This document shows, piece after piece, positions 15,101 to 29,049 of a stretch of DNA of 64,000 bases. Below the pieces are notes generated by a model. The model made no database searches. It saw only the letters and a program-made list of their open reading frames with translations, and was not told the origin of the DNA. The position numbers were made by a program, and so were the translations under genes. The stretch comes from Phoronis australis (lineage: Eukaryota; Animalia; Phoronida). Numbering within the stretch: position 1 is the stretch's first letter; every line of letters starts with the position of its first letter. Location of the stretch: NCBI GenBank assembly GCA_002633005.1, contig NMRA01000047.1, positions 955,326 to 1,019,325 of the forward strand. The letters are read 5' to 3'.

Positions 15101-16264
15101 AGACATAACCTCTGGTCTTATTTTCATACATATCACAACAACTAGCTGCCAAAAAATTAAGCTTTACCCATGCTTTTCACAGTTAACTGCAATTACATCA
15201 ACACTGATTGGTTTTTAAAACGGCCCAGCTTGTTATTCAAGTCTACTAATGACATGAAACATTTTCCAGAAAAATGCAATATGTGCATTTCAAACTTAAA
15301 TTGCAATAAATATGGCCTCGGGGGATGATGAGGTTCATTCCAAATAGCCTGCGAGGCTTTTTTTCCAAGACATAAAAAGCGCAGAGGTAACAGGATACCT
15401 ACTAAGTCAGAAGCTAAAGAAGCCCTTCTCTTAATCAAATTAAGGGACACTCTGTTGGTTGGTATTAGTCAGTATTCTGGACATCAAGCATACATACCAA
15501 AAGCCCGCCTTTCAATCCAGACCACAGCAAGAAGAACCACTTACCTAGAAAAAATGGAGACAACACATAAATCACTGGCCAACAGACCATTTGTGGTTTG
15601 AGGACATCCCAGATGGACAGTCCAGGGAGGTCAGGGAGTGGATTCATCAGCAAGGTCATGCTCATGGGGGGTCAGCTAGTTCCTTAATGGTGAATAACAT
15701 CACTGGTGCAGAAAGGGCGACACCCAAATGGATAGGAATAGGGTCAGAAACAACAAAGTTGGACAAGTGATAAATTGGTTGTTTAACACTAGCATGCCAT
15801 GCCATGGAACTGGAACAAAAACAAATCATTTGTGGTGGCTTTCCTTTCGGTTAACGCCTACCAGACTGAATTTGAAATTTTACCAAATTTTGGGAAGAAG
15901 TTGTTATACTGGGGTCCTGCATTTTGAGAAACAATTTTCTCCACTGAATAACGAGTGTCAAACTGGTTCTCAAAATCCACCACCCCAGTAGGTGATTATT
16001 TGAACACTCTAATTATCTTGGTTCTCATCAGGGCATGACTTTCTAGTCATAGCAGCAATCAACTGAAGAAACAGTGTCAAAAAGCTGACGTAATGCTACG
16101 TCAACGTCCCTTTCCATTTCTGCTTGACATGGCCACTTTCTTTGAAAACCCGTCATCAAAAAGATTGATGTTTCACTCCGATATATATCACTGTCACGGC
16201 TATCATTGTAGGCGCAGACTCAGACCCAAGCAAAAATTACAACAACTTCCTACAGTTTACAAGC

Positions 16265-16790
16265 TTAAGGTTACGTGAGACCCATGAAAAAAGTCCAAAT
16301 TTTGCCAATTTCAGAACAGCATATTTCAGAGATGGCTGATCGGATTCTTTTGAAACCACATACTATGCTTTATGCAATTTTTTCCAAAACAACTGTTTTT
16401 AAGGTGTTATATTTTTGCATGAGGGGATATCGAAATTTGGTACTTTTTAGCTTTAGTGAAAAACTCATTTACATACCAGAACATGAAAACGAAAGTATAA
16501 TACACAAAACTGTAATAACGCTGTTAATTTCATCAGTAACAGTAACATCAAGTGACAATTGGTCACGGCATCGATACAATTGTTTCATTAAGAATGTACT
16601 TTTCTTTTTTGGTAAATTTCAATAAAATAAAGACATGATCACTTAATCCAATTAATGCCAGGTTTATAGGTCAAAAATCAAATTCAACTAACTTTTTTCT
16701 TTGAGACAATTTATACACACAGACAAATTCTATAAAGTTTGGTAAACACCAGGCTAAATGCATAGGCTAGTTGATGAAGACCCACACACA
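16265..16790 (-). mobile_element. Family A copy (right end approximate)
   Basis: TTAAGGTTACGTGAGACCC..aaagtccaaattttgcc..tcagaaca..tttgcatgagggg, collinear with the 995 copy. Confidence 0.6.
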
Positions 16791-18771
16791 ATATTCCTTC
16801 TAGCAAGGGAAAAAACACTCATACTATGCAGCCAGCTGGCTATTCAAAGGCCACCTGTCATATAAAATGACCTCTGAATAAAAATCTACTCCCACTCATG
16901 AATACTATAGTGGTAAAACTATAGTCACCCAAATGCACTCTGGACGTGAATAGGTCTTGTGGGGAGACAACATGGTTCGGTGGTTGGAAATTTAAAGACC
17001 CTAAGTTGGGATACCCCAGCTCATCTTGGCAATATAGTTGGGCAATCAAGTATTACGCATACACGCCCCTCACACTCCTTTTGAGTATGGTCTTAGTGCT
17101 CAACAAATACAGTGGATTGAATAAGCACTGCGATTTAAAGGGAGGGGGAAATTTGTTGATGTTTTGTCAAGGCCCCAACTCACCAAAACTGGAAGAACCA
17201 ACGCTGTTCACAAGAAATATACAAGAACAAAATTTCATTATATCAAATTACAGAGCTGAAGTTGCAAAACTCTCTCGCCACTTATCCAATAAGCGTATTA
17301 TTAATTTTCGTCCAACTTGCCAGGTTATCTCAAACGAAATAAATGGAAATTGAATATGAAGCTACCCTTGGAACAGTCCCGTGAGGGGTACCACTGTTGC
17401 TGATATGGGCCAGCACGATGGAAATATACAACATGCTAACCACCCAAAGGACCTGTGGACACATTTTTGTAAATTCTGTCAATGAATTTGGAAATTCATT
17501 GCCACAAACTCAATTGTAGCCAGATCAACTACCCACTTGTCCAATAACCCACTTACCAATACACAAGATGATATAATACGCCCTGCCCTTGTAGGTATGC
17601 GGGTGGATAAAAACCACGTTTATTGAGGCAGAATGCGGTATTGGTCAAAAACACGCTTGTGTTGTTTTTTATACTTGAACAGCTGATTTTGAGTTACCTC
17701 AGTGTGCAACGAGTCTTATTTAAAATACCTACAACAAACTAAAATGGCCCACAGTGGTGGCATAAATGTTTCCCATATTGACGAAAAGATTGACCAAAGA
17801 TAAATGTGTAAAAGAATATAAACCATGGACACAAAGTAAAGCGTGGATTCACCCAATACGACAACTCAAACAATTCATGCAAACAACAATAACTATTTCA
17901 GATCTGAGGCTGAATAAGCACCCTTTTATTGTATTTTATATTAAACACAATAGTACACAAGTACATTACCTGAAATACCTAATGACCATGATGTTAGGAC
18001 ACTAGGTTATCGCGTCAACGAACTGTCAAGACTTCTTTCTAAGCCCTGAAGTCGCCTCCCATTTGACCAAAAAACAATTTGACACAAATGTCATTACAGC
18101 CCATAAGCAGTCCAAGTCATGAGTCATTTTTGTGATGTTTAAGGCAACTTTAATTTTAAGTCAAAACAAATAAAAAATTAATATAAATAGAATTTTAACA
18201 TTTCATGCTTCCAAATACGATACCTACAATTAGAGACCAGTTATCATCAATTGTCAGTGGCTATAAAAAAATACAAATGCACCTCACTGTGCTGTTACAG
18301 TTTAGTCCTTAATTACCACCAGACAGTCACATGCACCAAGAATACTTTTTACTTTCCAAAAATACTGCTTTAATAGAAAATGTTCACTCTGCAATTAGCA
18401 GCTCCAATCAGCAGTTGCAATTAGATGCCACAATAAGACAGAATTCTTCAGTAAATATCACAAGACAATGAGCTAATTTCAGGTCCTATTCCTGGCTAAA
18501 ATACAGCGGATGTTCAACACTACAAACTACTTCTGACTAAAATTCCACACCAAAAATACAACTTGAATCGACTACTTAGCAACAGTGGAAACAAACAACC
18601 TTAAATTCAATGGCTTACGTAAACCTATGATGAATTGGTAACGGAAATAGAATCCTATCACAGTAAGGAATATTATGAGACTCGCTTATATGACATAGCA
18701 ATCCCAATTTGATTTTCGCTTAAGAGACTAAACATGTAGCAAGATGCAGCTTTAAACTTAAAGGAATATGC

Positions 18772-20570
18772 TTAAGGAAATCTTCAACCTTATTAAAAAA
18801 TGGACATTTTTACAATATTTCACATGTGTCTAGCAAAATACCTTAACTTCATTCTCGCGGAAATTCAAATACGAAATAAATACCATGTAGCAAGGAAAAA
18901 AAGATTTAGCAGAGCCCTGTAGAGATTTGTTTACTACTTATCCGAGGTCAAAGGTTACAGGGCTGTCATTCAAATAGAATCTCCCACCGGGCACAGAGAA
19001 GCTCCATATGTGTATGTACAATGTATCCTCAGTCCTTCCATTCACTGAGTCGCCATAATATCGCATCAACATGTACATATGATAGAATAGTGTCGGGGAA
19101 AACGAAGGCAAAACGTAGCTTTGATCCCTAGAGAGTTGTGTGTCTGCATGCTTATTATCATGGAGAATGAATACTACCAGTCTCCTCACGCCTCTGTGAC
19201 TTTGTGTTCGCAAACACAGCAAGTTGTACCATCCACATGTATGATCGGCAACACGGCGAGAAAAATGTCTGGACGAACACACATGTTTTTGTCACGTGAC
19301 ATTTGTTTGGAAGTTCGTCTGCATTTGTGAGTAAGCGAGCGCGAGTTCATTTGCCAGAGCAGAGACCGTCTTTTGGCAAGAGCCACGCAATCTAACAAGC
19401 TAGATGTGCATTGGATGTGTCTAAAGAAATTTGCACAAGCAGTAGACCTAAACCAGAGCGTGTTTCATTCAGCACTTGCCGGTCTCATGTGCTAAAAACG
19501 CTCAACATTTTTCTCAGTAAGGCCCATTAGTCGCCGTGTAGCTGGATGCGTACGTACATGTAACTATCTGACAGTTATTTTTCGTTGTAAGGGTGTGTAA
19601 GCATTCACTGTCAGTTGTCATTTTATCGGATATTCGGCTTAAAAACACCAATTATGGTTAATCAACCAATCTATCTCAAAAATAATGTAAACATGTTTTA
19701 TAGTATTAGAAATTGTCGGAAATTAGTGCCAATATTCATTTCTTACCGATGCTATGCTACCCGTTTCATGAATGGATAGTTCCCAAGTAATGTCTTTGAT
19801 GACAGATTCATACATGTAGCGCGCGCTTCCCGGCCACGTGCGTTTAACAGCGAGTTATTTTTATTCGTGAGACAGTCGATGTGTCTGTACTGAAAGGTCA
19901 GACCATAGTAGGAAACGGTCGTAGCGAGAGTAGCAACGCTGTTGCATTCATTTTGAAGTGCTGCGTTACTTTGAAGTGTATAGTCACGGCTAAATAAAAA
20001 CGTAGCAGTGCCGCTGGTGGTCTAGAAGACCCGTGCAAAAATTTTTTGATAAATTGAAGACGTTACTGTAGCCGAGTTTTAGGACTGTAGGTACATCATT
20101 GTTCGCACGTACACGTTCATGGACTGGGCGCTTATTTCAGCAAAGTCTGAAAACGCGTGGGGGGCGCTAACAGGGGCATGGGCGGTTATTACGGCGAATA
20201 CGGTAATTTGAACTTAAGAACACAAGTTCTGAAAACCACATGATGGATTTTGCTGAAACTTACCAAACTTAATATTTATACCTTGCCATTTGCGAGTTGA
20301 TTTGTCATAGAAATCAAACAAAAACACTAATCGAAAATTCCTAACAGAGTTTTCAAGGTAAATGGTGAAGTTTTAATTTAAAAAAGGTTTCATTAAAAGT
20401 GACCGAGGGGTGATTTTGCTACGAATGTACCTTTCTTAAAAATAAAATTTTGACTTAAAAGGGTGTTGACGTAACAATATAATACTAATGATACATAAAT
20501 ATAAAACATATTTTATATTCCCTGATCTTACGAGTTAGAGGCCACTAAATAAGGTTTGAGATAACCTTAA
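18772..20570 (+). mobile_element. Family B copy 2 (TTAA-flanked, ~23-bp imperfect TIR)
   Basis: TTAAGGAAATCTTCAACCTTATT ... AATAAGGTTTGAGATAACCTTAA; both arms align to the 2733-3925 copy while the interior differs. Confidence 0.78.
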
Positions 20571-20595
20571 CACAGATTGGTAAAGTCTCACGAAT

Positions 20596-20940
20596 TTAGG
20601 ACACAATATGACGGAAAGACGAATTTTCATTTTATCATTTTTTTCTTATTAAATGATATATAGCACAAAAATGTAAATGTATTTCACATAAATAGGCCTT
20701 TGGTCCACATTAAAAATACATAATAAACAAAGAGTACAGGATATCTAAACCAATGCTACCGTAATTTACATCAAGAAACTCGTTTCAATGCTTGAGAACC
20801 ATACCAACATACTAACAGACAATGTTTTGAAAAATTGTGGGTATTCGCAACAATATAAGGACCCCTTGAGAAATGAAAAAGAGCGATTTCGGCAAATCCG
20901 AAACTGGCGAGATTTTACAGTATTTTGGGAATTGCGTTTA
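20596..20940 (+). mobile_element. Family C dispersed repeat end; other copies ~54527-54705 (+), ~27430-27659 (-), ~40405-40620 (-)
   Basis: Shared terminus TTAGGACACAATATG(A/G)C / TCCG(T/C)CATATTGTG(G)CCT(T)A plus shared subterminal blocks. Boundaries approximate. Confidence 0.55.
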
Positions 20941-21788
20941 CTAGGAATAAAAATTGCAGGTTGTTTCAGAAATCTCTCAATGTTAGTTTTTTTTCCATTT
21001 GATTTATTAACTAGGCAGACAATAACTGTGACACGACAGTCAATATCTGACTGTCTGAATCTACAGTCCATTTCACTGAGCTAATCATGTGAAGGAAGAT
21101 TGTGCACAACTTTCCAACATAATCGAGCATGTATTTGTGCCAAAATTTGCTGAACTTGACATTTGGTTTTACTGGCACATATACACATCATATAAACACA
21201 TGTTTACGCATACTTATATACACAGCGCATTGAAAGAAAGCATTGCTAAACAAAACATTTACAGAAAACATTTTTGAAAGAGAACGTTGAAAACATTCAA
21301 CTTCAAGCTTTGTACAGCCACAATGAATTAATGCTAGAGGCAGACTGACAATGAATATCTGGTGTGGTGACAAATGAAAAAATTATTTGCTATTATGACT
21401 GTAAAGAACTTCATTATTTAACCATTACTGGACTATTAGATGTCAATCTACGAATACCATAGCAAGTCAAATCTCAGAGAACGGGAAGTATTAATAACCA
21501 AAAGTGACCTCCATCCCCGCAAAAGGAAAACCAAAAAGTATGTGCGCAATCCATTCATCAGCACTTCTCTGATAAAAGCAACCTCTGTCAACCTACAGAA
21601 ATGAACTGACAATTTCCAGGAGTTCCCCCTAAAATAAGCGGAACACTCCTAAGTAAAACCACTGTTCTTCCAATGTGAGTTGCATTCACATTCAGGATCG
21701 TTGGTGTTTTGAGGAGACAATCAAGGAACAAGTTCCCATCTAATGTTGGAAATGTAACAACTGTGTCTTGCCATAGATGAATAATGCG

Positions 21789-21812
21789 TACTAATGATTT
21801 TGTTTGTAACAG
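21789..21812 (+). promoter_or_regulatory. Probable branch point and splice acceptor upstream of the receptor start codon, implying upstream non-coding exon(s)
   Basis: TACTAAT branch-like motif, T-rich tract, then AACAG| ending 50 nt before the ATG. Confidence 0.55.
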
Positions 21813-21862
21813 CTACATAATGTGAACCAGTTTATGGCAGGCATTACTAATTGTTTAATTGT

Positions 21863-22331
21863 ATGGAGCCTTCTGGGGGATACCTGTCAAGTTTGGCTCG
21901 CACCTCATTCCATCCAACAGAGCAGATGGGTTGGCAAAATGAATCGTGGCCCATCTCCAGCGGTGATAGGCACGGGGCTTCGCTGCAGCAAAATTTCACA
22001 TGGAATTTTCCAAATGTGGATAACTCGTGGCCGACGTTTATCAACGAGACAGATTACAATGTGACCACCTGGTGGAGTACAAACTTAACTAGGAGTACAA
22101 ACTCGACCAACACGACCAATGCGCCAGCTGAATCCCAACAGTGGGGCACTCTGGCGCTATCTATTCTCATCTTGTGCACGGCTCTGGGTAACATGCTGGT
22201 GATACTGGCCGTCTGCTGGGAACGCCGGTTGCAGAACATGACCAACTACTTTCTCCTGTCGCTCGCTATCGCCGATTTCTTGGTGTCTCTACTAGTCATG
22301 CCCTTGGGCATGATCGTTTCTCTGTACAATG
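21863..22331 (+). CDS. HTR2: 5-HT2-type serotonin receptor (class A GPCR), first coding exon: N-terminus, TM1, TM2
   Basis: ATG at 21863 follows an in-frame TAA (21848-21850). N-terminus has 7 N-x-S/T sequons. TM1 ALGNMLVILAV, ICL1 ERRLQNMTNYFL, TM2 SLAIADFLVSLLVMP. Phase-1 donor AATG|GTAAGT at 22331/22332. Subtype (2A/B/C) not assignable. Confidence 0.92.
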
Positions 22332-22853
22332 GTAAGTGTCCCTCTGTAATCCCTTTTCATTCTTGATCTCCCATATTGCCAGCATTTTATCTGACGGTTC
22401 ACATGTACAAACATTGGAAACGGCATAAATGAACTGGACATTAGACACTATTATGAAATGAGGTGATAATCAGAGAAAGTACATGACATATGAAATTAAT
22501 GAACAGTAAAAGTAATAGTTTGTATGACAATTACCTAGTAGAGTTTATCTTCAACTGACCAGGTCAGAACAGATCAACTTGCTTGCAGAAAAATGGCAAA
22601 ATAATTAAGGCTTCTTAACATACATTTTAATACCTTGCAAAACTCAAGTAATCAAATTAAATAGTCGCCACAACGAATCAGTCCTGAATGCTTATTTACT
22701 AGTGTCTTCAACAAGTAGAGAACTGCGGATGGAATAAATTATGTGATAAATTTTGGGAATACTGGTATGGAATATGATGTGTTCTTGTAGCATCAGATGT
22801 ACACCATGGAACAAACAGGAAGTAATTAAGACATTAATTATGCACACAATATA

Positions 22854-22897
22854 TGTGTGTGTGTGTGTGTGTGTATGTGCGTATGCGTGTGCGTGTG
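22854..22897. repeat. (GT)n microsatellite with degenerate tail
   Basis: tgtgtgtgtgtgtgtgtgtgtatgtgcgtatgcgtgtgcgtgtg. Confidence 0.95.
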
Positions 22898-24097
22898 TCT
22901 ATACATCGACTTGAGTTGTAAAATTTCACCAAAGTTTAGAGTACAATACCGAGGACAAGTGAAATACGATTTTCTTACCTTGCATCAAATCAACACTTTT
23001 CCATGTTCAGGGTCTGAGCCATAGCTACCACCTGACATTTTGAAAAATTTGGTGCATTTTGGACAATCTCAAAAACCTTAGAAATATGAAAACAGGGCAA
23101 TTTTGGCAATTACATTTTTCTGAAATTGTTGAGGTTTTACTGTAGAAGCAGCAATGTTACAGAGTATACATCAATACGACTACCAAGACAACTGGGGATG
23201 TAAATGATGTGATTAGTAGTAGACAATCAGACTCTCACAAAACAATGGTGACAGATCACTAAGCATAGTAGCTGCCATCCAACCGATAAGACGCCAACTA
23301 TATTTTCATTGCATAAAACTCTTGAATTAAGTCCTTATGAACCAACCCCGGCACAACAGAGGTATAGAAGAAAACTGTCACGTTAGTTGAACGTTTCAGA
23401 CCGGTTTTGGTTATTAGCGGAAGCAACGAAATTATCGCGTGTTGATGCTCGACTCTTCAAAGTTATAGCAAGAAGGCACTTTAAAAACTTAAAGAGGCAT
23501 AGAACGCCAAAGCTCATCATAAATATCTTTTACAGAACTCCTGACGAAAGTACCATGTCGCAAGGTCTAGTAGGAAGTACCGGTAATTCACTTTCCCCTG
23601 TGAGGAAATTTCCAGAAAAAATCCCAAAATTTAGGATTTTTGAAATAAGCAAAGGAAAAACTCTGTGGTTAAAAAGATAAGGCTTTGATATCAACAGAAA
23701 TTAAAAATCTTTACTAACAAACTCTAAAAATACATGACGAGCAGGTTATTCTGTTTCAGTGGCAGAGAACCACTTTCAGTGTTACAATTTAGTCTGTTTA
23801 TCACATTCCCAGCCTCTTCAAGACATAAATATGCATGTATGGATAGTATGTGAAATTAAGTGCTTGAAGTAGCAGAATGGTAAATATTTCAATAAAACGT
23901 TATCGAACAATAACACAGCAACACCTGCCGATAACACCGATTACTGAAAGGTGCATTTCGTCCCGATTAGCTGGCTAAAAAAGTAAAATCCAGTTTTCTC
24001 CAATGAAATCGGTCTTAAAATATTTCTTACCGAGATAGAATGTTATTTCCGTTACCAACTGTTGGTATTCAGTTAAGTCAGTGGAGATGATCTGTTG

Positions 24098-24222
24098 GGT
24101 GACATTAAGATGATATTATAGCGATACTATGGTGATACTAAGGTGATACTATGGCAAAAATATGGTGATACTATGGTGATACTAAGATGATATCATGGCA
24201 ATACTTAGGTGATACTATGGCG
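24098..24222. repeat. Degenerate 11-bp minisatellite (GGTGATACTAT) x ~11
   Basis: 11-bp periodic variants visible. Confidence 0.85.
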
Positions 24223-25049
24223 TTTGTTTATGGTACATATTCTACATTTTGGGTATCCTCTAAAATTTACAACACCAAAATTTACACGGAAATTGAATTT
24301 TATCGATTCCGAAGATCATGACTCGGGTGATTTTAGCATTCATGATATCAGACACCACTTTTTATATCAACACAGAGATTCGACAGTTCATAAAATCGTC
24401 GAAAATAGTCGCCACCACAACATTTTCATGCATTCCCATAGTGTATATCCTCAAAGTGAACCACTGTTTGTCAATAGTTGTAATTATCAAATTTGAAACC
24501 GCCAATATTGCAGATTTCTTAAATTTGGTACAAGCTCCGATACAAATAATTAAATTTTCACTGTTTCGAACTACGGAATGTCTAGCATACTAAAGGAGAT
24601 CACGCAGATATCACAAATACAAAAATTCCGTAGTGCCATAAGCCCACTGAGGGCAACATTAACAAGGTTTTAGACAGTTGTCCACATACAGCTGCTGGGA
24701 AATTCAACACACCTAGGAAATCCTATTGGGAAACGATAACAACAAAAAATCGACTCGCAGCAAACATGTTCACCAGATCTAAAGATTGGCTGGGCAGCCA
24801 CATATGAAAATCCATACTACCCTGTCTTATGTCAATTTGTAAATAAAAGTGAAGTCACAAAGTCGTTATGAACTAATCAGGTCTCAAGATGATGAGACAA
24901 GTCTTAGCATCAATTTATTAATGGACATCACTCCAACACTGTTATTAACTTTGCCACAGTGTCTACAATGGCTGGCGGGAACTAAGGAAATGATTTAGTG
25001 GGAATAAAATAATTTACACTTCACTAATATTCTAATTACAGTGTGCACT

Positions 25050-25315
25050 AAAAATTCTCCAGTATGGGACCTGGAAATCAAAGCAAAAATTGAATTTTCT
25101 TGATTCTGAAGATTGGGACACGTTGATTTTGGTATCCATCGTATTTCTCAAATTTCAGTCCTCAAGGTGAGTAACACCTAGGTGAATGAGCATTTTTCGT
25201 TGACTGCAATTCTTCAATTTGGGATGGTCAATGCTACCTATTTTTAAAATTTGTTACACGTTCTAATCAAGAGCAAAACAATTAATTTTTCACTGCCCCA
25301 AACTGGAGAATTTTT
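25050..25315. mobile_element. ~270-bp MITE-like element; related sequence at ~24290-24580 and, inverted, ~10200-10450
   Basis: 18/19 inverted repeat AAAAATTCTCCAGTATGGG / CCCAAACTGGAGAATTTTT; internal aattgaatttt..gatt..gaagat shared with ~24291. Confidence 0.6.
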
Positions 25316-27095
25316 TCCATATTCCTTTTACCAGGGGGATTACTAAGAGTAATATTCATAGAAACAATATAACAAGAATAACGTTAACGATATCAATCAT
25401 AACAGCATAACGCATGCAACTACAATACTAAAATGAGATTTAGCATTAATTAACCATCTCTTACAACCAACAGCCCCAGTGTAAACACACTTTACACAAC
25501 TAGACTGTTTTTAAGAGAGTCAGCACCACCAATGAAGTCAGGAGTGAAACTTTAGACAAGGATTTTTCTACCTGAGTATTCTAAGCATCAAATAACAACT
25601 AAGCTCATCTTGACATTTACCAAGATTTTTCAGACTCTGAATGTCAATGCATCCAACTACAAAAATTACAATCTCATTGCTTTTCAAAACACCGGTTTTT
25701 TTGGTTCAAACAACAAAATAATCATGGATAGAAAATGTTCTCCATCGTCAGGAACCAAACTGGACAGGGAAGTGACAGGGAGGCTGACCAATATATCCAG
25801 GAAATACTTGACCCCATTTTTTAAAGAGGTGTACTTGGAAATTAGAGTGGGGCGAAAAAGGGTACCATTTGTCAGGAATTTCCATGAAAAATTCAACTTT
25901 CCATGGCGTTTTGTTAACTACAGAATGGTTAACTTAAAATTATCCGGAAAAACACGCATTGAATACTCAATTTGTAAGAAATGTCATCCGTACAAATGAA
26001 TAGGAATAGATACACTCATGTAACTGTACCTGGGGGTACTCCCATAGCAAAAATGCATGGGACGTAGCACTCAGGACACACTTTTAACAACCAGTTTCCC
26101 TTGAAAGGGTGCCTTCTCTAACAAAATTCTCTACAAAATAGTACACTTTGGAGTTCAAAACTTACGAAAGGCTCCTTTTCCAACTACTCAAATCTACAGA
26201 AATGTTTTAAATATCATCTATATTTTTAATTCTTTGATTGTCAAGAGTGTACTCATTTTTGAAAACATGGCATTTTTTCTTGTACTGTTTTAGGCTTGAT
26301 GAGTTAAATATTCAGACATCCAAGAAACTTCAGGAAATAGTGAGATTTTCAGAATCAGCCCCTATAAAATGGGAGTATTTCTGAAACAAACACTACAAAA
26401 GGGTCAAATTTGCACGGCAGTTCCCTTTAAATGGATCCTTTTTCAGTTCCGTTCTTGAAATGGGTGGATATGCTAATTTTGCAGCTATTTCTATTTGCCA
26501 TAAACATAGTCAAGCACCCACTGCATGCAACTCATTCAACAAATCTGAGATAATGACAGGAATTAAGTGAAGGGAAAGGGCATACTTCCAGCACACTTGG
26601 GACACAAACACTCCTGTCATTGTTCTCTTCATTTTGGGATCAATCATGTCACATGCGGAGCGAGTTTGCCAAATTTAATTTCTTGTCAAATTTAATTTGG
26701 AGTAGTTTAAGTGGTTAAATACTACTGTGATGAAGCCCCAATTTGACTGGCCAGCTTGTAGCCTTGAACACTTCAACAAGTGAGGCAAAGATGAAGACCC
26801 AGTCTTGGTTAGTGCACCTGGTCAGAGTAACACTACAGGCGCTAGTGATTCGAATGTTAGCGTGGTTTCAATTTTGGATACCACTCAAAGCCCTAAGCTG
26901 ATATTTCAGAACACAACTGTAATTCTGACCACACATTTGTTCAAACTGTGGAAATGCACCGGATGGGATAAGTTGATTTAACTAGGTGCTAACATTAATG
27001 CCTTTAAGTTATCTCTGTTCCACAAAAGTCCATGCATGCACTACTTTTTTGTATATGTGAATTCAACCACACTAATGGTCGGATGCAACATTCTT

Positions 27096-27155
27096 ACATT
27101 TTGAGAACCAGTTTTCTCCATTAAACAATGGGCATCAAACTGGTTCTCAAAATGT
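27096..27155. repeat. 60-nt hairpin (perfect 19-bp inverted repeat); second copy at ~15920-15978
   Basis: ACATTTTGAGAACCAGTTT - 22 nt - AAACTGGTTCTCAAAATGT. Confidence 0.85.
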
Positions 27156-29049
27156 GGCATTAAATTGCAAAAAATCGTGAATACAGTAACTAAAATACAA
27201 TGGATTGCAGAGAAAAACATTTACATAGAGCACAGGTGAGTGCGATGATGCATTAAGATAATGCATGTCATCTAAAAGTCCAGAATTAGATGTTAAACTA
27301 TGACATACAAGCAATTCAGCACACATTATGAAAGCTAAATAGCCAAGACAATGAAGAAAGTTGACTTGAGAAAACTTGAACATCTCATGTCCAATCTGCA
27401 ACAAGTTACAGAATTTCAATTTCATCCAATCAAAAATCTACGCAAAAAATTCTTCAATCGGGACAAACGTTGCTAAAACTGTCCTATTTTTCGGACGCTT
27501 ACCACATTGTTGCAAATGCTCGAAATTTTACCAAACGTTTGTCAATTGAGCTGTGCCATACAAACCATGCTAAAAGTAACATGAATTATCCTGAAAGGTT
27601 ATTTTTGCAGAGAAATTTGACAAAATGAAGTTTTACCTGTCCGTCATATTGTGCCTTAGATTGAACAATTTTGCAGTAAGCTATATTACGTCATGTCACA
27701 TCACACTGAACTTTGTACAACCGGATCAAATGTGAGACATCTGGTTGGTTTCTATTCACTTCCTTACACGTCTCCTTCAGAGAACAAAGTTAATGTAAGC
27801 CATGTTCTGCTGCTAAAAACAACAAACTTCTTTCCAGACCTATTTTATTCTTCCAAACAACCCTGGAGGACACTCCTTGCCCTTGGTTTGAACTACTTCA
27901 AATAAATCTACCTGAAATCATAACTACGGAGGCTCGTGAGAGCGAAATCGCAAATGTGGGGTGAACTTTTCTATTTTTTCTAACTAACATACGCAATACA
28001 GCATGAGCAAAATCCGGCCAAAACGCTTGCAAAGAGGTTAGATCTTATTAAATACTGCAGTTGGCATGATGCATTTGGAGAGAACGCTCACACACCAACA
28101 TTCCAGTAAAGATCCTAACCACATCACTATAGGCAAGAGTCGACTTCGTAATTACAAGCAAATTGTAAAAAAGCCAATTCCACAGGGTTTCTGCTTTCAG
28201 AAAATACATACTTCTACCCAGTTAAAGCCTATAGTTTAGTAGATATTTGACCAAATGTACAGACTTGTCAATCAATAAGGTACCACATAGCCTTAACAGG
28301 AAATCAACTGTGCAACAGTTTGGATACAGAGGAGATAAATGCAGGCATAAGTGTCAAAATTCACACCTAGAGCATCCTCTAACATAGAATCTGTGTTGAT
28401 GTGACTCTACCATTTAAGTGGGCGTCAACTGTCAAACTGGTGCTTGGAATGCCACACAAAAAAATGAGAGCAAACGGTTGTCAATTGAACTAATTCCGAA
28501 AACCATGTGGTTAGTGTCAGCTCAGAACTGGCGAGAATTACTGATCACCTTGTAGCATCACCTTGTAGCGCTGCAGCTTTATGAAATCTAGATATGAACT
28601 GAAAAGAATCATATGGACACACAATCTCCAAATAAACAGACTAAGACAGCAAAAGGTTGTAATTTGGGGATATCGAGATTGCAGGTCAGACATTAAAGGG
28701 AAATTTTCTTTGCCTTATAGTTGCTATATACTTTTAAGTATATCCTGTCTAAAATATGTCAAGACAGAACAAACTTCAATGAGGACACAGAGCTAAGGCA
28801 AATAACACTAAAAAGCTCATTCAGTGGCTAAGCAATTGATTTTGCGCACGCGAGATCACAAGTGCATAGACGAATGAAAGGTTAAACTATAAACGTAGAT
28901 ACAAGCCCGATTGAAATAGAGAAATGCTAATGCTTTGTAAAAATCGAAGTTGTACCAAACAATGGCTTTTGATTGTTTTGTTATTTTTCAACTGTGAACT
29001 TAAGCCCACTACACTGGGGATGAAAGCAGGACACTACAAAAGCAGGAAC

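Noticed and set aside
22332-22366. 171-aa ORF as a stand-alone two-TM protein ending GKCPSVIPFHS
   Set aside because: The tail is read-through of a consensus GTAAGT donor.
26029-26523. Possible MITE starting CCTGGGGGTACTCCC with internal AAA(A/T)GGGT-like motifs
   Set aside because: The right terminus is too degenerate and there is no clear second copy or TSD in the window.
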